Assembly (NCBI GenBank): GCA_001179505.1
Contig: CDMY01000825.1
Location: 1 to 17,142 of the forward strand
Reading direction: 5' to 3'
DNA length: 17,142 nucleotides
DNA from: Vitrella brassicaformis CCMP3155
Lineage: Eukaryota > Protista > Chromerida
Part shown: positions 9,036-17,142 of the stretch, in pieces
Position numbering within the stretch: position 1 is the first letter of the stretch
Layout: the number at the start of each line of letters is the position of its first letter
Notes under the pieces: model-generated
The model's database searches: none
Seen by the model: only the letters and a program-made list of their open reading frames with translations
Told to the model about the DNA's origin: nothing
Made by a program: the position numbers and the translations under genes

Positions 9036-10676
9036 TCAAGGTGTTAGAAGGTACTGATCGACGAAATCGGCGATGAGAGGCCGATAGAGTTCTGCAAGGG
9101 CCTTGCCGATCTTCTTTAGATCCGGGATGCTCGATGGATCATCCATTTTCTCGAGCGCAGCATATACGTGTGACGGTGCACGGCCCACGCTCCTCCCGCT
9201 TTTGTCAGCGCTGCACTGCACACGGAGGTACTGCTGGGGCACGCCCTCGTTTGAGAAGGCAACGTCGAGATTGAAATGTGCCAGAATGGACGAGGAAGCC
9301 ATTAGTGCGTCGATAATGTTGCCCTTGGCCTCTCGGAAGTTCCACTTGTCGGCTCCCAGCCAGTCGGCTGCACTATGAGTCTTTGCAGCTTCTTCGACTC
9401 CCTTTTCGCGGAAAGAGACGCCCACCCCGATGCTCAGGACCGCGTGATGCGCAAGTGTCAGGTTGGTGAAGAAGTCCTTGTGTTTGGCGAAGAAGTTTTT
9501 GTCTTTCTCGCTCATTTCTTCTTCCTCCACAATCTCCGCACCCAGCGCTAATAGAAGTCTAAACAACTTCCCCTGTGTATACAAATAGTTCAAAGCTTGC
9601 ATGGCCGGGTCGTTTGCCACAATACCGCCATCACACGCCACCAAATCCGCTGTTCTCTCCGCTTTTTGGGGAGCTGGAGGTCGCTGAAAGAAGTTGCGGA
9701 TGCGGGCGGGCTTGAAGAACGTGGGAGCGGCGGTGCTACAGCGACAGATCTCCCAGAGCTCCACGTCTGGCTTCGTCCACCAGTAGCGTGCAGTCTCTGG
9801 CTTATTCCTGCACAACCCCAGAGGCAGCTCAGCATCTCCAAGTCTCGTCAGATTGCCGGCATCACCGTAAACTTCTCTGATAATGGGGTCATTCTTCAGC
9901 TTCTGGAAGCGGTTCCACAGAAGGTTCCATCGATAGTCCGGCACACCCTGAGCCAGCGCACGATCGTGGTAGGGAAAAGTGAAGTGGTCCAGACGTATGA
10001 ATGAGGCTTTGGGTCGGAGCCGATCACCAACGAAGGCGACAGGGCGCCTAAAGACCATATCGTACGCTGTAACGAAGAGAGTGGGGCCTTTCCAGTCTCC
10101 TCTCTCCGGTCTCTTCGGGGTCGCACTGATAAACTCTTCAAGAGTGGTGCAATTAGGATGCATTGCCGCCTGCAGCGCTTTCTCCAATCCATCTGCATCA
10201 TGCTTCGGCCCAACAAACACCCACGGTCGCCGAACCGACCGAAGCCTGACTTTGGGGAAGATCTTGTCGGCCATCGCTTCATACATCTCTGAGGCGCTGG
10301 CTGCACTACCATTCAGTACAATCCTGGTGCCGGGAAAGGTGGTCGCCTCGGTGTTCTTGCCGCAATACGCCGAAAGGTATGTCGCAAGGATGGCTCCGGT
10401 TGAAGTCCCGGCGATGACGTCAAAGCATTCACCAATCGTCAGGTCGGTTATGTTCGATTGCCTCCGAAGTTCATCCTCCAGAACTCCCAGCACACACGCC
10501 GCAACGATTCCACGCACGCCGCCACCATCGAGTGCCAGGATTGTTCGCTTCCTTTCCCGCTCGAGGCTCCAGCACCAGGGCCTTTTCAGTGCATTGGGAG
10601 GCAGCAGAGGATCCACGCTCGCTGGGCCGGGCGCCATCTGCATGCTCAATGTACCCTTGACAGCACGGTGCGGACC
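9036..10676 (-). CDS. Patatin-like phospholipase, main exon
   Basis: Uninterrupted ORF with the three patatin motifs: LALDGGGVRG, FDVIAGTSTG (Ser codon 10401-10403) and DGGIVANDP (Asp codon 9630-9632). STAAPTFF and VLSIGVG are also present. Stop TGA at 9036-9038. Confidence 0.93.
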   Translation of the reverse strand, partial: GPHRAVKGTLSMQMAPGPASVDPLLPPNALKRPWCWSLERERKRTILALDGGGVRGIVAACVLGVLEDELRRQSNITDLTIGECFDVIAGTSTGAILATYLSAYCGKNTEATTFPGTRIVLNGSAASASEMYEAMADKIFPKVRLRSVRRPWVFVGPKHDADGLEKALQAAMHPNCTTLEEFISATPKRPERGDWKGPTLFVTAYDMVFRRPVAFVGDRLRPKASFIRLDHFTFPYHDRALAQGVPDYRWNLLWNRFQKLKNDPIIREVYGDAGNLTRLGDAELPLGLCRNKPETARYWWTKPDVELWEICRCSTAAPTFFKPARIRNFFQRPPAPQKAERTADLVACDGGIVANDPAMQALNYLYTQGKLFRLLLALGAEIVEEEEMSEKDKNFFAKHKDFFTNLTLAHHAVLSIGVGVSFREKGVEEAAKTHSAADWLGADKWNFREAKGNIIDALMASSSILAHFNLDVAFSNEGVPQQYLRVQCSADKSGRSVGRAPSHVYAALEKMDDPSSIPDLKKIGKALAELYRPLIADFVDQYLLTP

Positions 10677-10747
10677 CTGAGTGATCACAAACAGACGACA
10701 CAGCTTGTGTATGCGTTCTTGCTATATCTTTTTTGGTCCTTTCTGAC

Positions 10748-10840
10748 CCGCAGTCTCGTCTGCAGTCCTCCTCCTGAAGCAGGCCTAATGACGAGGGAGC
10801 CCTGGATAAGGACGGTCACAGCTGCAGCAAACCACCTCAT
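10748..10840 (-). CDS. Predicted first exon of the patatin gene (signal-peptide-like leader)
   Basis: ATG at 10840 gives MRWFAAAVTVLIQGSLVIRPASGGGLQTRLR. A 71-nt GT..CAG intron (10677-10747, phase 0) joins it in frame to GPHRAVKG. The predicted product is 577 aa. Confidence 0.65.
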
Positions 10841-11639
10841 TTCAGCAACGGCACGACCACTGAGCAGTAGTCATATAAAAGGGATTTTTGACGTGAGCGA
10901 AGCGAGTGTCGAAAAAAATCCTTCTATCGGAGGGAAACCCCAAGCGTATGAAACCCTGTGGGATTTTTTCTGTAGCTGATTCCGTTGCGGTTCTGCTCGA
11001 CACGTCAAGACAAGTCAAGACGTCATTTGCCGTCCCGTTGCGTGTGCTGCAGCAGATCTCGAGGTGGCTCTTCCGATCTCAAGCACGCTCCCAACCATCA
11101 TTCACAGGCAGTCAGAGTCAGCGCATCAGTGAGTAAAGCCAATGGGCGCGGTGAGCGCTTCTACGGAAGGGAATCTCTCCCAACCAACCTCACTGACTCG
11201 CCTTGCTTCAGTGTGTCAAGCTACATAGCTTGGAAGCGAACAGAGAACAACGGCTAGTAGCAAACCCTGATCGGACGCTTCTTGCCCACTGGGCGAGCCA
11301 CAGCAAAAACGTCAGGCCCAGTTGCATTCTAGTGTTTTTGATGCCAGAATAGCGAGTGCCAGAGCATCCTGTGTCATGACTGCTTAATCAATGAATAGCT
11401 CTGAATTATGATTTCACTTAAGAGCTATGTGGTCTATGTATTGATGTTTGTCATTTCTTGAAGCGAAGCATCGTCTGTTTCTCCCGCCCCTAACGCACTG
11501 AATCAGCAAGCACGCGTTGTCTCTCCCGCAAAATAAACACTTAACCATCAAACAAAAGAATACATAAGAACATAAAAGAAGAAAGAAAATAGCACCGAAT
11601 TATCAGAATACAGAAATTGATCAAATATTAAACAGCAAA

Positions 11640-13392
11640 CAGAGAGAGACAAATCCGTTGCGCACACCCTCCAACTATAGGCGTGCGCAGGCGTGTGCGC
11701 AAGCTCAGAGACAATCATTGCGTTCACCCTCCAACTACAGGCGTGCGAAGGCGTGTGCGTGCGCAGAGAGCATGCGCAAACTCAGAGAGACATTCGTTGC
11801 ATATACCCTCCAACTACAGGCGTGCGCAGGCGTGTACACAGAGAGACATTCGTTGTATACACCCTCCAACTACAGGCGTGCGCAGGCGTGTGCATGCGCA
11901 AACTCAAAGAGAAATTCGTTGCATACACCATCCAACCGTGCGCAGGCGTGTGCGCAAACTCAAAGACATTTGTTGCATACACTATCCAACTAAAGGGGTG
12001 CGCAGGCGTCTACACAGAGAGACATTTGTTGCATACACCCTACAACTACAGGCCTACGCAGGCGTGTGCGCAAGCTCAGAGAGACATTCATTGCATACAC
12101 CATCCAACTACAGGCGTGCGCAGCCGTGTATACAGAGCGATATTCATTGCACTCACCCTCCAACTACAGGCGTGCGCAAGCGTGTGCATGTGCAAACTCA
12201 GAGAGACATTCGTTGCATACACCATCAACTGAAGGCGTCGGCAGGCGTGTGCGCAAGCTCAGAGACATTCGTTACAGGCGTGTGCAGGCGTGTACACAGA
12301 GCACGCCTGTGCAAACTCAGAGAGACATTCGTTGCATACACCATCCAACTAAAGGCGTCCGCAGGCGTGTGCGCAAGCTCAGAGACATTCGTTGCATACA
12401 CCTCCAACTACAGGCGTGCGCAGGCGTGTACACAGAGAGACATTGATTGCACTTACCCTCCAACTACCAGCCGTGTACAAAGAGAGATATTCATTGCGCT
12501 CACCCTCCAACTACGGGCGTGCGCAGGCGTGTGCATGCGCAAACTCAGAGAGACATTCGTTGCATACACCCTCCAGCGTGCGCAGGCGTGTACACAGAGA
12601 GACATTCATTGCACTCATCCTCCAACTACAGCGTGCGCAGGCGTGTGCATGCGCAAACTCAGAGTGACATTCGTTGCATACACCATCCAACTACAGGCGT
12701 GCGCAGGCGTGTACACAGAGAGACATTCATTCCGCTCACCCTCCAACTACAGGCGTGCGCAGGCGTGTGCATGCGCAAACTCAAAGAGACATTCATTGTA
12801 TACACCCTCCAGCGTGCGCAGGCGTGCACACAGAGAGACATTCATTCCGCTCACCCTCCAACTACAGGCGTGCGCAGGCGTGTGCATGCGCAAACTCAAA
12901 GAGACATTCGTTGCATACACCATCCAACTACAGGCGTGCGCAGGCGTGTACACAGAGAGACATTCGTTGCACTCACCCTCCATCTACAGGCGTGCGCAGG
13001 CGTGTGCATGCGCAAACTCAGAGAGACATTCGTTGCATACACCATCCAACTACAGGCGTGCGCAGGCGTGTGTATACAGAGATACTCATTGCACTGACCC
13101 TCCAACTACAGGGGTGCGCAGGCGTGTGTATGCGCAAACTCAGAGAGACATTCGTTGCATACACCATCCAACCGTGCGCAGGCGTGCGCAGGCGTGTGTA
13201 TGCACAAACTCAGAGAGACATTCGTTGCATACACCCTCCAGCGTGCGCAGGCGTGTACACAGAGAGACATTCGTTGCACTCACCCTCCATCTACAGGCGT
13301 GCGCAGACGTGTGCATGCGCAAACTCAGAGAGACATTCGTTGCATACACCATCCAACTACAGGCCTGCGCAGGCGTGTATACAGAGCGATAT
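11640..13392. repeat. GC-rich satellite array, about 30 monomers, largely an alternating 56-bp and 66-bp dimer (122 bp)
   Basis: Core CAGAGAGACATTC(G/A)TTGC..CACC(A/C)TCCAACTACAGGCGTGCGCAGGCGTGT, ending in either ACA (56 bp) or GCATGCGCAAACT (66 bp). The left part is more degenerate. Confidence 0.97.
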
Positions 13393-14479
13393 GATGACAA
13401 CTTTGCATTAACCGTAACACTCGTCTGTATGTCCGTGACACTCATAAATACAGTCCCATGAGCACGCAGAGTCAAACAAGCTTAAGGGGAGGAGGGATCG
13501 ATCCCCGCCCCATCAGCACACCCCAGCCCCGCAAACCCCCCTCTCCCTCCCCCACGCAGACAGTAGCTAGTTGCACGCGCGAGGGCGATAGACAAACGCG
13601 AGCGAATCCACCCAGACACATGACTGAATCCCCGACCCTTCCACCCCTCCTTCTCCAACAGCGCATGAGCCATGTGGGCGATGAACACGTTGGCATCGTG
13701 TCCCCACACACCGTCGCACGTCACCACCAGAGGGCAGAGGTCATGCGGGAGTCGCAGACGGCCGAGCGGTATTTCTTCTTCTTGCTGGTCTCGTGCTGCT
13801 TCAGGATGGCCTTGGTCGATCGGTTCTTGGAAGCATAAGACGGTGCGTCAGCATCAGTGATGCAGATGTCAAACGACGCAGCCGCCTGCCGCTCCCACAC
13901 GCCCCGAGCGACGATGTCCGCCCTGACCCCCCCCTCTCTCTCCTCTCCCTCCTTCAACACCAGCTCTCGGCGCACACCAGCCTCTCTTCACGCCATCCCA
14001 ATCAGCTCGGCAAAAGTGTCCCGCAGCTCGTCGTGGCGACGAATCACCAGGCCGTACCGCTTGCAGCACAGCGCATGGTCGACGGTGAGGGGCTGGTTGC
14101 AGTGGTCGCAGCGTGCAGCGAGGCCTGGCGGGTGTCGGCCGTATCGCATGTTGAGGGCATCTCGGAACTCCGCAGCATCAAGATCAGTGTTGTTGTCTCT
14201 CAGCGGGAGGGCGGTCAGCCAGCCGGACGTCTTGTATTCGGCGCTGCGGGAGAGGACGCGATGACGCTGGCGATCGACGTGGGGAAGGGCGGCTTCTCTC
14301 TTGGCTTTGTGGTCGATGTCCTGCTGCTGCCGGCTCTGGGTGAGGGCGTGGCTGATGGTGGCACGATGGTCGCCAGGGTGGAAAGGGGCCTTGCCCTGGA
14401 TGGACTTGGAAACCACTTTGGTGGCAGCGCGGGAAGCGGGATATACGGCTGCGGCTCGGTCGAGAGGGTCGCGTATGCC
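13393..14479 (-). mobile_element. 5'-truncated non-LTR retrotransposon with restriction-like endonuclease (CRE/SLACS-like clade)
   Basis: Reads GIRDP (end of RT/thumb region), SGWLTALP, EFRDALNMRYG, the Zn knuckle CDHC-x7-H-x2-CC, RHDELRD, RADI..FDICITD, KKKKY, (F)CPLVVTCDGVWG and WIRSRLSIALARA, ending at TAA 13482-13484. There is one in-frame TGA at 13988-13990 (probably TGG originally) and a one-base frameshift near 13737. The RT core is absent. The 3' limit (13393) is assumed from the satellite junction. Confidence 0.9.
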
Positions 14480-14853
14480 GCAGGGGTGCGCAGAGAGACA
14501 TTCATGAGATACACACACTCCAAGTCCACACGTGCGTGCGAAGGGGTGCGCACACAGACAGTCATGAGATACACACACTCCAAGTCGACACGTGCATGCG
14601 GTCCACACGTGCGTGCGCAGGGGTGCGCACAGAGACATTCATGAGATACACACACTCCAAGTCCACACGTGCGTGCGCAGGGGTGCGCACAGAGACATTC
14701 GTGAGATACACACACTCCAAGTCGACCGTGCGTGCGCAGGGGTGCGCAGAGAGACATTCATGAGAGATACACACACTTCAAGTCCACTCGTGCGTGCGCA
14801 GGGGTGCGCACACAGACATTCATGAGATACACACACTCCAAGTGCACACGTGC
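14480..14853. repeat. 60-bp satellite array, about 6 copies, related to the 11640-13392 array
   Basis: Unit AGAGACATTCATGAGATACACACACTCCAAGTCCACACGTGCGTGCGCAGGGGTGCGCAC; AGAGACATTC recurs at 14631 and 14691. It shares the blocks AGAGACATTC, ATACAC, TCCAA and GCGTGCGCAGG with the left array. Confidence 0.95.
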
Positions 14854-15080
14854 AAAGACCTCATCAAACGTATCGCCCGTCTTGAGGAGAAGCAGAGCGG
14901 CAGTGGACACACCATCCCAGGTAAGTGAGTTCACACGTCCTTGTCTGTCTGTCTGTCTGTCTGTCTACTTGGTGGTGTCTCCTTCTGCGTGTGGCAGGCA
15001 AAGGCGGCAAGAAGGGCAAGGGAGGGAAGAGCGCTAAGCCTTCGCCCGCCCCCATTCGTCACAGCGGCAGCAACAACTGA
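14854..15080 (+). pseudogene. Two orphan 3' exons of an unknown gene (14854-14920 and 14998-15080)
   Basis: KDLIKRIARLEEKQSGSGHTIP-G, then a strong donor AG/GTAAGT at 14921, a (TCTG)n intron ending GGCAG at 14997, and a phase-matched second exon KGGKKGKGGKSAKPSPAPIRHSGSNN-stop. No 5' exons are visible. Confidence 0.55.
14942..14966. repeat. (TCTG)n microsatellite
   Basis: About 6 units. A second tract lies at 15132-15151. Confidence 0.9.
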
Positions 15081-15729
15081 GCGACACCATCAACGGCAGC
15101 GTGTCTCCATGGATGCGTGGGTGGGGGTTGTTCTGTCTGTCTGTCTGTCTGTATCCGCTTTTGTACGTGCGTAGGTGGGTGGGGGGAATTGGGTGCTGTG
15201 TTGAAATAGGCTGTTTATAGCTGGATGGCAAATATGCTGTGTTGCTGGGGACACACACGAGGGGACGACATACCACGGCCTAGGTCTGTCTCTCATCTAG
15301 CTTTTACATGTGCGTGCGTGCCGTTGTGAATTGTCATGGCGGCTCAGCATTGCTCTCTGCCTACTCGTGTACGCAATTCGCACACGATGGGTTACGGATA
15401 TGTGAGCCTCTGTCAGATAGATCGTTACTTTAGTGTCGTAAAGGCAACACTCCAAGGGGACGGGATCGCACACTTGCTCGCTCTGGACTTGAGAAAGAGA
15501 GAGCTATCAGACTATTTGTAGCCTTCATGATGGCCCCACTCGCTGTGTGCAGTGTATTGGTCTGTATCTGCCTCCATCCTTCGCCGTTACACACGTGTAC
15601 ATCTGCACAGCTGTCCACACGTGTGAATTCATTATATGTGCCATTGGATGGGTCGCACGCGTTATTGCATCGTGTCCGATAAGGTCACACGGAGTTCGAC
15701 ACGGGGGCAGACAGAAGTTTTCTCTGCTA

Positions 15730-15753
15730 CCTGCCTGCCTGCCTGCCTGCCTG
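15730..15753. repeat. (CCTG)6 microsatellite in front of a splice acceptor
   Basis: Six units followed by ACGACAG ending at 15760. Confidence 0.9.
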
Positions 15754-15760
15754 ACGACAG

Positions 15761-17142
15761 TGGGAAGGCGGCGGGGCGAGGGAGCCGTTCGTTGCATATT
15801 ATGCATGTCTTCTTCGACTACGGCGGTAGTCAACTCCTGGGAATGAAAGGGCAGGTATGGATTGGATGAAGGTACGGTCTATTGGATCATCTCGTCTCAT
15901 CTGTGATGGACCTCTGCTCTCGCACAAAAAGATCTGACGCCATCTCACGTCGCTGTGCTTTTTGGGGCCCGAGATTTGTTCGATATGATGGCGCCTTACT
16001 TGGGGCCCTTTCAGAGCGAGAAGTATTACAGACTTACAGACTCGGTGAGGAGGACTGATTTCGCAAAGCAATGTCAGCTGAACAGCTTTTTTCATCCTGT
16101 GCACAGTACAAGAGCACCTGCCTTCATCTTTTCGTGATGAGCGGAGATTTTAATTATCAAGCCACTCAGATGCTCTTGCAGCAGGGAGGTATTAGCTCGC
16201 TCGGCTGCCAGAACTGGGTGAGAGAGGACACACGTAAAACCTTATGGGATCAGTCATCATCTTTGTGTCTTGCGCTCTATGTAAATCAGGTCGGCATGAC
16301 ACCGATCCACCTGAAGTTTAATGCTCCACAGCTGCGAGCGAATGCAGGCTCGCTTTCTGGAGAATTTGCTGAAGGATGCAGAGTTGGACGACCTCCACAG
16401 CTTCTTGATGGCTCAGAATCAGGTAAAGTCAGACCAGTTCACTCACTTGCTCAGATGCAGAACGTTCATGGCCTTTCTCTCCTGCAGGATGGAGACACCA
16501 ACTTCCATGTGGCTGTCTTGATCAAAAAGAAATGCTGGAATCGCTCTTTGAGGTGGCTTCCAAGATGTCTATCTCAAAGCAACTGGAGCTTTCGGTATGG
16601 AAAACAAAGTGAGCAGGTGCTTGATTTACGTGGACTTTTCTCTTTCCCTTATCTTCTTGTTGTCTGTAGGCCGGAAGACGATTCTTCAGATCGCTGGAAG
16701 ACAATTCTTCAGATCGCCAGAGGGTCAGTCTTTCCTTTCAATTTCATGGTCCTTCTGAAGCACATGGGAGACTTTTTTCGGACAAATCCCATCATTTTTT
16801 CAGACAAATCCCATCTTTCAGCAGCTGCGCTCTTAGCATCGAGCAAGCTACTTCTCCAGTACAGAGGGACAAGGTCCTGCAGAAGAAGCGGCCTTCGATT
16901 ATCGACCAGCTGTACTTGCTGTCGCATCTGAGAAAGCTTGATCTGAGCGATGCAAAGCGATGTGCGCTCACGAAGCACCATTTGAGCTCATCCTCCATGT
17001 GAGCAGAGCCTTTGCGACTCATAGAGTCCCATATCTATTGTCTTGCCCTGTGATTTTGAAGGAAATGGGTTCGAAGGCTGTGGCGGCTCTGGAAAAGTCG
17101 TATCGCGAGGCCTATTCGTTTGTCAAGACCGTTGAAGAGTCC
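15761..17142 (+). pseudogene. Multi-exon ankyrin-repeat plus LRR-like gene, disrupted, 3'-partial
   Basis: Exons 15928-16044 (KDLTPSHVAVLFGARDLF), 16107-16217 (YKSTCLHLFVMSG..LLQQGG), 16290-16422 (VGMTPIHL), 16488-16608 (DGDTNFHVAV) and 16670-16723 (GKTILQIAR) resemble ankyrin repeats. IDQLYLLSHLRKLDLSD (~16900-16951) resembles an LRR. Disruptions: 133-nt and 121-nt exons, an acceptor reading CAA at 15925-15927, and two tandem duplications. Confidence 0.7.

Noticed and set aside
9103-10979. Plus-strand ORFs 9103-9378, 9597-10004, 9979-10680 and 10458-10979
   Set aside because: Antisense shadows of the patatin CDS with no recognisable motifs.
11683-13461. 592-aa ORF and overlapping ORFs in the satellite
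   Set aside because: The plus strand of the repeat is almost stop-free in all frames. The 56-bp and 122-bp periods are not multiples of 3, so the peptide cycles through frames.
13453-13467. AGTCCCATGAGCACG resembling the TIR junction AGTTCCATGAGCACG at 5849-5863
   Set aside because: A 14/15 match is expected several times by chance in 17 kb, and the similarity does not extend.
13793-14644. 283-aa plus-strand ORF
   Set aside because: Antisense to the retrotransposon ORF and running into satellite sequence.
11640-14853. CRISPR-like array
   Set aside because: There are no unique spacers, the whole monomer is repeated, no cas genes are present, and the context is eukaryotic.
15640-15715. Further upstream ankyrin-like remnant (DGSHALLHRVR-stop-GHTEFDTGAD)
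   Set aside because: Suggestive but short, interrupted and lacking clear splice sites, so it was left outside the pseudogene call.
16071-16931. 286-aa ORF as an intact CDS
   Set aside because: It reads through four or more predicted introns and switches between true and shifted exon frames.

Overview
Eukaryotic nuclear DNA. Short GT-AG introns carry (TG)n, (TCTG)n or (CCTG)n tracts and GTGAG/GTGCGT donors; this style is compatible with a chromerid-like alveolate, but the taxon cannot be proven here. One gene looks intact: a minus-strand patatin-like phospholipase (9036-10840) with a small upstream exon encoding a signal-peptide-like leader. The rest is mostly decayed or mobile DNA. From left to right: the 3' end of a bacterial-type EEP nuclease; an intron-containing hAT transposase pseudogene interrupted by a TlyA methyltransferase fragment; a 50-bp-TIR element holding a 153-bp x ~4 repeat at the 5' edge of that pseudogene; two related GC-rich satellite arrays bracketing a 5'-truncated RLE-type (CRE/SLACS-like) non-LTR retrotransposon; two orphan spliced exons; and a decayed ankyrin-plus-LRR gene with roughly one repeat per exon. 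No rRNA, tRNA or CRISPR array was seen. All family calls come from motif recognition by eye, not from database searches.
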